Part shown: positions 22,463 through 30,594 of the stretch, piece by piece
Numbering within the stretch: the stretch's first letter is position 1
Layout: every line of letters begins with the position of its first letter
Notes under the pieces: model-generated
Seen by the model: only the letters and a program-made list of their open reading frames with translations
Told to the model about the DNA's origin: nothing
The model's database searches: none
Program-made: the position numbers and the translations under genes
Assembly (NCBI GenBank): GCA_026395055.1
Contig: JAPLZK010000003.1
Coordinates: 35,855-99,854, forward strand
Direction: 5' to 3'
Source: Candidatus Uhrbacteria bacterium
GTDB taxonomy: Bacteria; Patescibacteriota; Patescibacteriia; UBA9934; GWF2-40-263
Length of the DNA stretch: 64,000 bases

Positions 22463-24262
22463 ATGGACCCAAAAGACGAAATCAAAGCAAAGTTAGATAT
22501 TGTCGCGGTTATCGGCGAGTATTTGGAATTGAAGCCAGCTGGGATGCATGGGTTTCGTGCACTTTGTCCGTTTCATGCGGAGAAGTCGCCTTCATTTCAC
22601 GTGTCATCTGACAGACAAATTTTTCATTGTTTTGGGTGTAGTGAAGGAGGAGATATCTTTACGTTCGTGCAAAAAATGGAAGGAATGGATTTTCCGGAAG
22701 TGTTGATGCATCTTGGAAAAAAAGCGGGGGTTGAGATTAAACGTTTCTCCACAACGGAGGGAAATACCAAACAACGATTGATGACGATTCACGAACTCGC
22801 AACATCGTTTTATAAAAAAGTCTTACAAAGTTCAACGGGTTCGCAAGTTGCGCGTGATTATCTTGCAAACAGAGGAATCACAAGCGCATTGATCGAAACA
22901 TTTGGAATCGGTTTCGCCCCAGATGACTGGAGCATGCTTTCTGACACGCTTCTGAAACGTGGGTTCTCGGAAGCAGAACTTGTGCAAGCGGGACTTTCTC
23001 TCAAGAAAAAATCCGGAAGCGGTGTGATTGATCGTTTCCGAGCGCGCATCATGATTCCGCTTCGTGATCAACATGGGAACACGGTTGGGTTCACGGGGAG
23101 ACAATTACCTGGTGCAGACTCGAGTATGGGGAAGTATGTGAACTCACCTGAGACGCCAATTTATCACAAAGGAAGATTGGTTTACGGATTAGACCTTGCG
23201 AAGCGTGCCATTAAAGACAAACATGGCGTGATTGTGATGGAAGGAAATCTAGACGTTGTTGCTTCTTATAAAATTGGCGTCCAAAATGTGGTGGCATGTT
23301 CGGGAACTGCACTTACGCAAGATCAACTTGAACTTCTGAAACGATACACAGATACGGTCGTCTTTTGTTTTGATCGAGATGCTGCGGGACTGACGGCAGC
23401 AAAGAAAGGTGTCAGCATTGCTCGTTCGCTTGGATTTGATTGTCGTGCTATTTCTCTTCCAACAGATGTAAAAGATCCAGACGACTTGGTGCAAAAAAAT
23501 CCAGATGCCTGGAAAGCTTTGTCAGAAGCTTCGGTTCCGTTCATGCAATATCTTTTTGATCGAACACTTTTCAATCGAGATATTTCAAACGTTGATGACA
23601 AACGTGTGATCTCGCAAGAGTTATTACCGGCGATTGGTGAAGTGACGGATGTGGTTGAGCGCGAACACTGGCTTGCAAAGCTTGCGTCGCTTTTGAATAT
23701 TGATCTCGCAATTCTTCGCACAGCCATTAAACAGACCACCCCCAGCCCCTCCTTGTTAAGGAGGGGGGAATCGAGTGTTTCTTCGAATAGCAAAACGATT
23801 CAACCAATCAAGCTTGGAAAAAAAGACCAAGTTTTGCTTGTTCTTATTGGTTCCATCCTGAACGATGAGGTGAATCGTGCGTATGTTCGCAAACAACTAG
23901 AATCCACAGTTATCGACAACGAAGCCATCCAGAACCTTTACAAATTCCTTGAAGAGACATACACTTCAGACATTGGGACAGCAAAAACACAGGCGTTTTT
24001 TGCAAAAGCCCGAAATATTCTCCAAAGCGATCCATTAAAGGAATCTCTTCTTTCCTTGCTTGATGAGTCAAGTCTGATCGCAGAACAACAGTTCGAGAAT
24101 CTTTCGCCCGCTTCTTGTCTCACACAATTGAATATGCTTTTTGAGACATTGCACGCAACAGATCGCCAATCAAAACGATCCGTGCTTGCACAGAAACTTC
24201 GCCAAGCAGAAGATGCGGGTGATGTTGACGCGGTGAACAAACTTTTGACAGAGCTTAACTAA
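22463..24262 (+). CDS. dnaG: DNA primase
   Basis: CPFH.EKSPSF, CFGC, KYVNSPET, EG.LDV, FD.D.AG, KDPD. Confidence 0.97.
   Translation: MDPKDEIKAKLDIVAVIGEYLELKPAGMHGFRALCPFHAEKSPSFHVSSDRQIFHCFGCSEGGDIFTFVQKMEGMDFPEVLMHLGKKAGVEIKRFSTTEGNTKQRLMTIHELATSFYKKVLQSSTGSQVARDYLANRGITSALIETFGIGFAPDDWSMLSDTLLKRGFSEAELVQAGLSLKKKSGSGVIDRFRARIMIPLRDQHGNTVGFTGRQLPGADSSMGKYVNSPETPIYHKGRLVYGLDLAKRAIKDKHGVIVMEGNLDVVASYKIGVQNVVACSGTALTQDQLELLKRYTDTVVFCFDRDAAGLTAAKKGVSIARSLGFDCRAISLPTDVKDPDDLVQKNPDAWKALSEASVPFMQYLFDRTLFNRDISNVDDKRVISQELLPAIGEVTDVVEREHWLAKLASLLNIDLAILRTAIKQTTPSPSLLRRGESSVSSNSKTIQPIKLGKKDQVLLVLIGSILNDEVNRAYVRKQLESTVIDNEAIQNLYKFLEETYTSDIGTAKTQAFFAKARNILQSDPLKESLLSLLDESSLIAEQQFENLSPASCLTQLNMLFETLHATDRQSKRSVLAQKLRQAEDAGDVDAVNKLLTELN
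23735..23768. repeat. REP-like GC-rich palindrome, in frame within dnaG
   Basis: CCCCTCCTT-GTT-AAGGAGGGG (23746-23766), encoding PSPSLLRRG. Confidence 0.55.
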
Positions 24263-24307
24263 ACTTTCATGTACGCCAGTAACGGCATGATGGTTCATTT
24301 TTTTCGT

Positions 24308-25603
24308 ATGGCACAGAAACCTGTAAAAAAGACCGTGAAGAAACCTGTTCCGGTAAAGGCAAAGCCTGCACCAAAAAAACCGGTAAAACCACAAAAACAA
24401 AGTAAGCCGCAAAAACCGCAGCCGCAGGCAAAAGGTGGAAAACAAAAAGTACAACCACCACAACAGAAACCAAAAGTTCCTGCCGTGCCCAAAGTGCGTT
24501 ACGTGAAATCCAATCCTCCTTCTGAGCAAGTGCTAGATCGTTTGCTTGAAAAAGGAAAACAACGTGGATACCTCACAGAAAACGAAATTTTGTTTACGTT
24601 TACAGAAGTTGAAGATTACGTGGAAACGTTTGAAGCGTTCTTGGACGACATTGAGCGCGTTGGAGTTCATTTTGTTGAATTAAAAGAAGGAATTTTGGGA
24701 AGAGAAAAAGAACGCGGGGAAGTTTATGACAAGATTCGCGTCACACATGAAAAACAAAAAGGGGCGAGTGTTCCTGAGCTTACGCAAGACTCCATTCAAA
24801 TGTATTTGCGCGAAATCGGAAAAATCCCTCTCTTGAACGGAGAACAAGAAGTCGCGCTCGCAAAACGTAAGGAGCGTGGAGAAAAAGAAGCAGAGCGTCG
24901 TATTATTGAAGCCAACTTGCGTCTCGTTGTTTCTATTGCAAAAAAATTCGTTGGAAAACAAATGTCTCTTCTGGATCTCATTCAAGAAGGAAACATTGGG
25001 TTGTTCCGCGCGGTAAAGAAATTTGAATATCGTAAAGGATACAAATTCTCCACATACGCAACGTGGTGGATTCGTCAGGCCATTACACGTGCGCTCGCAG
25101 ACCAATCCCGAACCATTCGTATTCCGGTTCACATGGTTGAAACCATTAACCGCTTTACACAAATCGAGCGTCAGCTCATCCAAGATTTGGGACGTGAACC
25201 ATTACCAGAAGAAATCGCTGCAGAAATGGGAGAAGACGTTGAAAAGGTTCGTCATATCCGCAAGATCTCACAAGACACTGTTTCTCTTGAAACATCTGTC
25301 GGAGACGATGATGAGGATTCTAAGCTCGAAGACTTTATCGAAGACGTGAAGACGATTTCTCCAGATCGCGCCGCTGCCAGAGAGCTTCTCAGAGACTACG
25401 TGCAGGCTGCGATGGAAGGTCTGACACCACGCGAACAAAAGATTCTTGAAATGCGTTTTGGACTTGTTGATGGTGTCAGTCACACCCTTGAAGAAGTCGG
25501 ACGAGAGTTTGATGTCACCCGTGAACGTATTCGTCAGATTGAAGCAAAAGCGCTTGAAAAGATTCAAGCGAACTCGCTTATTGAAAAACTCAGAGATTAT
25601 TAA
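24308..25603 (+). CDS. rpoD: Primary sigma factor RpoD/SigA
   Basis: [40 protein letters not shown]; follows dnaG. Confidence 0.97.
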   Translation: MAQKPVKKTVKKPVPVKAKPAPKKPVKPQKQSKPQKPQPQAKGGKQKVQPPQQKPKVPAVPKVRYVKSNPPSEQVLDRLLEKGKQRGYLTENEILFTFTEVEDYVETFEAFLDDIERVGVHFVELKEGILGREKERGEVYDKIRVTHEKQKGASVPELTQDSIQMYLREIGKIPLLNGEQEVALAKRKERGEKEAERRIIEANLRLVVSIAKKFVGKQMSLLDLIQEGNIGLFRAVKKFEYRKGYKFSTYATWWIRQAITRALADQSRTIRIPVHMVETINRFTQIERQLIQDLGREPLPEEIAAEMGEDVEKVRHIRKISQDTVSLETSVGDDDEDSKLEDFIEDVKTISPDRAAARELLRDYVQAAMEGLTPREQKILEMRFGLVDGVSHTLEEVGREFDVTRERIRQIEAKALEKIQANSLIEKLRDY

Positions 25604-25701
25604 GAAAATCGGGGGCTTTACGCCTCTGTTTTCTTATGATGTCATGGTGATGCAACGATTCATGCTTGATCACGATACACCTTCTGTAATCTGCATCTTT
25701 T

Positions 25702-26334
25702 ATGGAAAACGAATCAGAACTGCTTGAACAGGCAAAAACAGATCCGCTCGCTTTTGGCCAGCTGTATGATTTTTATTACAAGCCAATTTTTGGATTTTTG
25801 TATAGTCGTACAACACACGTTGAAACAGCGAAGGACTTAACCAATGAAACATTTTTTCAAGCGCTGAAAAATTTTCATCGATTTAAACCTCGCAAGAACG
25901 CTTCGTTCAAGTCTTGGTTGTTTGCTATTGCCGTCGCACAGGTTGGGAACTTTTATCGTCGTCGTTCAAAAATGTTTGAAGTGACCACAGAAGAAGCTCC
26001 TGAACTGGTTGATAAAGATGAATACCGTCCAGACATTGCGTTTCAGATGGGGCAAGATGCAGAGGTGTTAAAAGAACAAATTCATCTCTTGCGTGAAACC
26101 ATGAAGCAATTAGATCAAAAACAACAAACCATTCTTTCGCTTCGATTCTTTTCTCACATGAGCATTCCAGAAATTAGTAAAGTACTCTCCATGAAAGAGG
26201 GAACTGTTAAATCGCATATTCATCGAGCACTAAAGAGATTGCAAGGAATGATGTTAGAAACAATAGAGACGGAAACGATTACAGAAGGGGTATCTATAAA
26301 AAAATATGAACACGTATTCGAAAGAACAACTTGA
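25702..26334 (+). CDS. ECF sigma-70 family factor
   Basis: AKDL..ETF, FKSWLFAIA, GTVKSHIHRA. Confidence 0.92.
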   Translation: MENESELLEQAKTDPLAFGQLYDFYYKPIFGFLYSRTTHVETAKDLTNETFFQALKNFHRFKPRKNASFKSWLFAIAVAQVGNFYRRRSKMFEVTTEEAPELVDKDEYRPDIAFQMGQDAEVLKEQIHLLRETMKQLDQKQQTILSLRFFSHMSIPEISKVLSMKEGTVKSHIHRALKRLQGMMLETIETETITEGVSIKKYEHVFERTT

Positions 26335-26710
26335 ACAGCTCTTCGAACAAACGGGAACCATGAATATTCCTGAGTGTGACGAGCATCGTTATGCGTTACG
26401 ACGCAAGCTTTTGAATTCAAGTTATTTCAATGAGCACAGAAACGCCATGCGTAGACGTGCCATGTTATTTGTTCCTGTTGTCGCAAGTGGTTTTGCGGTT
26501 GCGGTCTTGTTTGTTGGAACACACACCATGCCTGCACTGAATGTAGATGTTGCAACAGAGCAAACGGAAATTGCGGGTGCACCAGATCCAGATTTTTTGA
26601 CAGACGGTCTTACAGCAACATACTTTGATGCGAGGCCCGTTGTCGCTGCAACACTAGATGCAAACACGGTTCCATTTTCTACAGCAGCCATGAATATGCA
26701 AATCAATTAA
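26306..26710 (+). CDS. Putative single-TM anti-sigma factor
   Basis: Overlaps the ECF 3' end; short cytoplasmic N-terminus and one TM; function inferred from position. Confidence 0.55.
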   Translation: MNTYSKEQLEQLFEQTGTMNIPECDEHRYALRRKLLNSSYFNEHRNAMRRRAMLFVPVVASGFAVAVLFVGTHTMPALNVDVATEQTEIAGAPDPDFLTDGLTATYFDARPVVAATLDANTVPFSTAAMNMQIN

Positions 26711-26714
26711 AAAT

Positions 26715-26739
26715 AAAACAGCCCTTAAGGCTGTTTTTT
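26715..26739. terminator. Intrinsic terminator
   Basis: AAAACAGCC-CTTAA-GGCTGTTTTTT. Confidence 0.75.
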
Positions 26740-26757
26740 GTTTCCGAAGAAACAATG

Positions 26758-26881
26758 TAAAACCTCCAAAATTGGATGCATCACGAAGTGCTGAAGGAAA
26801 AAAATTGCTGAGACGTAGAAAAACTACGTTGAAGTAATTTTTTTTCGAAGCACGAGTGAGGCGCCAATTTTGGAGGTTTTA
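26758..26881. repeat. 124-nt imperfect hairpin (MITE-like)
   Basis: 18-bp terminal inverted repeat TAAAACCTCCAAAATTGG/CCAATTTTGGAGGTTTTA with nested internal stems. Confidence 0.65.
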
Positions 26882-26882
26882 A

Positions 26883-27119
26883 CTTCATGGGATGTATTTG
26901 GCTGAGTTGCAATCGAGTCGGCGCGATGAAGCGCCGTCCGAGAGTGCATGGAGCAGTCAGTTCACACCGAGTGTCTCCAGACACTTGTGACATGTTCCTA
27001 CCTGCCGGTAGGCAGGCCTTTTCGGGAACACCGCGGGGCTCTCATGTGTTTGATCAAAGATCTCGCACAGTTCCAAGCCCAAAAGCCAAATTTTGCCCAA
27101 ATAACATCCAGGATGAAGC
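26883..27119 (-). ncRNA. ssrS: Putative 6S RNA carrying a 20-nt palindrome insertion
   Basis: Extended -10 TGcTACAAT at 27134-27126; ends pair (CTTCAT..GGATG.TATTTGG / CCAAATACATCC..ATGAAG); central bubble with 3' hairpin; GATGTT, CCGCGGT, AACTG, CATC in the order recalled for E. coli 6S. Confidence 0.72.
26997..27016. repeat. 20-bp palindromic element, copy 1
   Basis: CCTACCTGCCGGTAGGCAGG; 18/20 identical to 43847-43866. Confidence 0.8.
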
Positions 27120-27216
27120 AAGGGTATTGTAGCATATCGATTACAGTTTCTGTAGCCCAAGGTTTCATCCTTTGGGTCTTTTGTTAGAAATCTACAACAA
27201 AATGGGAGGTGAACTA

Positions 27217-27245
27217 TTGACAGAAACGTCATTTTGGTATAGATT
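27217..27245 (+). promoter_or_regulatory. Promoter of ncRNA array unit A
   Basis: TTGACA-17 nt-TAGATT. Confidence 0.75.
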
Positions 27246-27368
27246 ACGAATCGTTGATGGCGGGACTTGATCCCGGTGGGCAAGCATGTATTGTGCGAGA
27301 CCCCCAATAGAGGGGCGTAGTCCATAACCCCATCTCCACCCGGCGTGCGCAACTGCCACGTCGGGTCG

Positions 27369-27396
27369 AACGAGAGCTGAATAAGCTCCACAATAC
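27369..27396 (+). repeat. Linker motif copy 1
   Basis: AACGAGAGCTGAATAAGCTCCACAATAC. Confidence 0.9.
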
Positions 27397-27661
27397 TTGA
27401 GCGGCAGGCGGCCGCTCGAGTCCGTGACGTCTCTGTCCAAGGGGCGAGCTCCAGTAGGGGGCGTTTCACGAAGGTCTGGTTCACGATGGGTGGCGAAAGC
27501 ATAGCCCAAACTGCAATCAGATGTCTGGAGAATGTATTTCCGAATAGACGTGGACAAGCCTTCAATGCGGCTTATCGGATGGCAGAGCAATCTCTGCTTC
27601 GGGAATACAGGAGACTAGACGCCATGACGGAGTACGCTTCGGCGACTTACGTCATGGCATA

Positions 27662-27689
27662 AACGAGAGCTGCATAAGCTCAACAATAC
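27662..27689 (+). repeat. Linker motif copy 2
   Basis: AACGAGAGCTGCATAAGCTCAACAATAC. Confidence 0.9.
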
Positions 27690-28005
27690 GTGTGCGACTT
27701 CGGTCGTTCATGTCCACAGGCAGTCGTTGGGGATTCTTGTCCTGGCGATGGGTTGGCATGGATTTGCCTCCTGTGAAGGTCTGGTATCATTCAACCTCAG
27801 GCGGACTGAGTTCCGTCAGTGCAACAAGAGGTGTGACTGCATATCAGATGTCTGGTGAATCAAGGTCGGGAATTTCCGTACATATCCAAATCGAGTTCGG
27901 GGTCGCAAAATTCGGCCACTCGATAAGGCGAGACCTTGAGGAGACCAGACGCTCGGTTGGTGAGGGAGGTGGATAAGATCCTGACCCAAGACCCAATCGA
28001 GCATG

Positions 28006-28028
28006 AACGAGAGCTGCATAAGCTCAAC
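28006..28028 (+). repeat. Linker motif copy 3
   Basis: AACGAGAGCTGCATAAGCTCAAC. Confidence 0.9.
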
Positions 28029-28176
28029 CAAAAGCTCGTACCCGGTGTGGACGAGTGGCGTAGCTGATAAACCGCAAGGGGAGTCAGTGAGTAGGCATAG
28101 CGACATGTTGTCGCGATTGCCAGTCCCGAGCCGGCGGCCTCGTAAGAGTGCTCCGCCGGCCGGGCCGAACGACTCT

Positions 28177-28208
28177 ACTCGATCCCATCTGGATCGAGTT
28201 TTCTTTTT
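28177..28208 (+). terminator. Terminator of array unit A
   Basis: ACTCGATCC-CATCT-GGATCGAGT followed by a T tract. Confidence 0.8.
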
Positions 28209-28221
28209 GAAAAAATGATTC

Positions 28222-28249
28222 TTGACCAACGGGAAAAATCTGTTAAAGT
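28222..28249 (+). promoter_or_regulatory. Promoter of ncRNA array unit B
   Basis: TTGACC-16 nt-TAAAGT with TGn extension. Confidence 0.65.
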
Positions 28250-28477
28250 TTCTTTAGAGTCTTTGTGAGACGCGCACTCCATTTTGGGCACAAGTGGAGT
28301 GTGAATACGTTCCGAGGTGAAGCTGTTTTCGCCAGCTTTTCGACCATCTCGAAACAAGCCTTGGTGTGATTTTGGACCAATCACATTAAAATTCCGCTGC
28401 GTTGGTTGAGCGGCCAAAGGCGCGCAGCTTCCCGAGTGTTGATAGGTGTATTGCAAGATGCACCTCCGCTCGGGTCA

Positions 28478-28499
28478 AACGAGAGCTGAATCAGCTCAA
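28478..28499 (+). repeat. Linker motif copy 4
   Basis: AACGAGAGCTGAATCAGCTCAA. Confidence 0.88.
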
Positions 28500-28692
28500 A
28501 CAAATCATCGCCTTACAAGCGGCGATGTAGGTCTCGGTTGTCGTCGTTTCGACCAACCGTGCGCATGAAAGGCGGATCCACAGCACCGTCATGCGCAATT
28601 GCTGCATGCACCCGGACCCGTGCGCAGCTCCCCGGTCAAAGGCAGTGAAACATCCCCCGGTGTTTTCACAGACCGGGTCGAACGCTTCTCCT

Positions 28693-28722
28693 ACTCGATC
28701 ACCATGATCGAGTTTTTCTTTT
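28693..28722 (+). terminator. Terminator of array unit B
   Basis: ACTCGATCA-CCA-TGATCGAGT followed by a T tract. Confidence 0.8.
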
Positions 28723-28782
28723 GTTGACGATTCGACCTTTGTTATCTATGATGCTGTTCACACATCAACAAAGGTGATTGTC

Positions 28783-29310
28783 ATGGCTGAGATTCGATTG
28801 CTCCCAAAGTTTCTGACCGCGGAGATTGCAAAGATCGCGGTAGACAGCGTCTTCGAGCTTGTCTTCAAGAATGAAGCCTTGATCGCGCGTCTTAAACGCA
28901 AAGAGTGTCACGTCGTGATTCTTGTTCCTTCCATGTTTGCCGATTGTGATGCGGGATATCCGAATTGGCCAAACTACCGGACGGATTCGTTCTGTCTTTA
29001 TGAGCAAGGTTTTGGTCATGAAGAAGAGTGGCCGTATCCATTCAAAGACATCGCACAATGCAAAGCGCTCCAGCTTTGGCAGGAGCGCAATGATGATCGG
29101 ACGGACGTGATGCCGCATTTGCTTTTCCCGGGCGACACTCCATTTTGGGGCGGAGTTCGAAGGCATGGCATTGTGGTGACCTGTTCGGGTGTGCAGCCGT
29201 ACTTTGACAAAATGATCTCCGGTATGATCGCGGACATGTGCGCGGCGCTCGCGTATGATGCGTGGATGCAAAGCGAAGACAAAGCCGAGGATAACAATTT
29301 TCTTTCCTAA
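28783..29310 (+). CDS. Divergent GlcG/HbpS-like protein
   Basis: IA..KA, GGV...G.VV..SG....D..I pattern; promoter TTGACG-17-TATGAT (28724-28752); AAGGTG SD. Confidence 0.55.
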   Translation: MAEIRLLPKFLTAEIAKIAVDSVFELVFKNEALIARLKRKECHVVILVPSMFADCDAGYPNWPNYRTDSFCLYEQGFGHEEEWPYPFKDIAQCKALQLWQERNDDRTDVMPHLLFPGDTPFWGGVRRHGIVVTCSGVQPYFDKMISGMIADMCAALAYDAWMQSEDKAEDNNFLS

Positions 29311-29340
29311 CTCGATCACCATGATCGAGTTTTATTTTTT
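29310..29340. terminator. Terminator identical to that of array unit B
   Basis: ACTCGATCACCATGATCGAGTTTT. Confidence 0.8.
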
Positions 29341-30225
29341 CAAAAAAAGTTTTTTCGAACGGATTTCAAGAAGCTCATCTTTTATAAGTCGACCAATCAT
29401 CGCCTCAACCCATTCGCTATCTGTTATCGGATCAAATTTTTTATCAATGTTGTGTCCGATCGTTCGTGGGTCAACACCATGCGTTGCTTCTCGAACGCAT
29501 TTCAAAATTCTTCCTCGATAAATGCGGTCAGGGTGCGGTTTCTCGTTATGTCTCGACTCGATAGCTTTTTTTACCATCTGCTTTGGAATAACCACTCGAC
29601 CTGAGAGAAATTTTTTCGACGCAGGACATTCTTGACGCAGTGGACACTCGGCACACTTCGGTGATTTCTGACAGATGTCGGTTGCAAGATCGAAGATGGC
29701 TTGAGGGACATCAAAGTAGTTTCCTCGAACGGGGAGAAACGTATCAACACGTTTTTGAATCAACTCATCGTCTTCTGGTTGTGGAAATGGTTTGCCAAGG
29801 AGGAGTCGACCAAGAACACGACGAATGTTCGTATCAATCGGCATCACACGTTTCTTTTGCGCAAACGCACTGATTGCGCTTGATGTGTAAGGTCCAATGC
29901 CTTTTATGGCGCGCCAGCCTTCGATTGTGGTTGGTACACTTCGAGCCGTAACTTCTCGAGCGGCATCGCGAAGCATAAGTGCGCGACGATTGTATCCAAG
30001 TCCTGCCCAGGCTCGAACCACTTCTTCATTCGTGGCGCTTGCGAGATGTTTCCAATCTGGAAATTGTTTCAGCCAGGCTTTGTAAAAAGATTTCACGCGA
30101 TCAACTTGCGTTTGCTGCAACATCACCTCACTCACAAGAATGTGGTATGGATTGCGTGTTTTTCGCCACGGCAAATCACGACCATGCGCCTTATACCAAG
30201 TGAGTAATTTTGCGGCAGATTTCAT
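29332..30225 (-). CDS. mutY: A/G-specific adenine glycosylase (short form)
   Basis: RDLPWR, VSEVMLQQTQV, W.GLGY..RA, GIGPYT, DTNIRRV, 4Fe-4S cysteine motif. Confidence 0.92.
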   Translation of the reverse strand: MKSAAKLLTWYKAHGRDLPWRKTRNPYHILVSEVMLQQTQVDRVKSFYKAWLKQFPDWKHLASATNEEVVRAWAGLGYNRRALMLRDAAREVTARSVPTTIEGWRAIKGIGPYTSSAISAFAQKKRVMPIDTNIRRVLGRLLLGKPFPQPEDDELIQKRVDTFLPVRGNYFDVPQAIFDLATDICQKSPKCAECPLRQECPASKKFLSGRVVIPKQMVKKAIESRHNEKPHPDRIYRGRILKCVREATHGVDPRTIGHNIDKKFDPITDSEWVEAMIGRLIKDELLEIRSKKLFLKK

Positions 30226-30351
30226 AGATGCTTGTCAGTGTATCGGATCCGGGAGGGGGTTGCAACGCGGACACTTGCATATTTTTTTCTGAACTATTAC
30301 CATTATGAAGCTCCCTACTTCGGGGGAATTATTCATAAATACAAAAGCTAT

Positions 30352-30486
30352 ATGACACTTGCAAGCGCATTTGCCATGGACGACGAATTGGACCCAGACG
30401 CAGACGACGACATGGATATGGATGAAGACGAAGAAGACATGGATGACGACGACGAAGACGATGACGATGCAGACGGTGATGCATAA
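30352..30486 (+). CDS. Small, extremely acidic protein
   Basis: 44-aa D/E-rich ORF followed by the hairpin CAAAACAGACTCA-TAA-TGAGTCTGTTTTG; start uncertain. Confidence 0.5.
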   Translation: MTLASAFAMDDELDPDADDDMDMDEDEEDMDDDDEDDDDADGDA

Positions 30487-30594
30487 AAACACAAAACAGA
30501 CTCATAATGAGTCTGTTTTGTTTTGGGTTTCATGATTGACAAAGATGGGAAAAGATGATAAAACGCATTCGCGATTTATCGCACGGAGGAACGA

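Larger units (their letters stand above)
27250..28208 (+). ncRNA. Putative polycistronic structured RNA, unit A (4 modules)
   Basis: Promoter-to-terminator span with no credible CDS; dense GC stems with UUCG/GNRA-type loops; three linker-hairpin copies. Confidence 0.7.
28256..28722 (+). ncRNA. Putative structured RNA, unit B (2 modules)
   Basis: Promoter-to-terminator span; consecutive hairpins; one linker copy; both modules end CCCG..CGGGTC(A/G)AACG. Confidence 0.65.

Noticed and set aside
24308-24500. Lys/Pro/Gln-rich RpoD N-terminus as a novelty
   Set aside because: Low-complexity basic extensions on primary sigma factors are known in several phyla
26781-28456. Short ORFs listed across the ncRNA region
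   Set aside because: They overlap on both strands, show no recognisable motifs, have atypical composition and cross promoters or terminators
27369-28499. CRISPR array
   Set aside because: Spacing of 293-472 nt is irregular and far too long, the intervening sequences are structured paralogues, and there are no cas genes in the window
27250-28722. RNase P, tmRNA, SRP, hammerhead or common riboswitch identity for the array
   Set aside because: I could not find GAGGAAAGTCC, tRNA-Ala-like ends, the SRP helix-8 motif or a CTGATGA/GAAA core by eye; an Rfam scan is still required
25702-28722. dCas12f/TnpB RNA-guided ECF sigma system
   Set aside because: No TnpB/Cas12f-like ORF nearby; the gene after the sigma factor is a small TM protein
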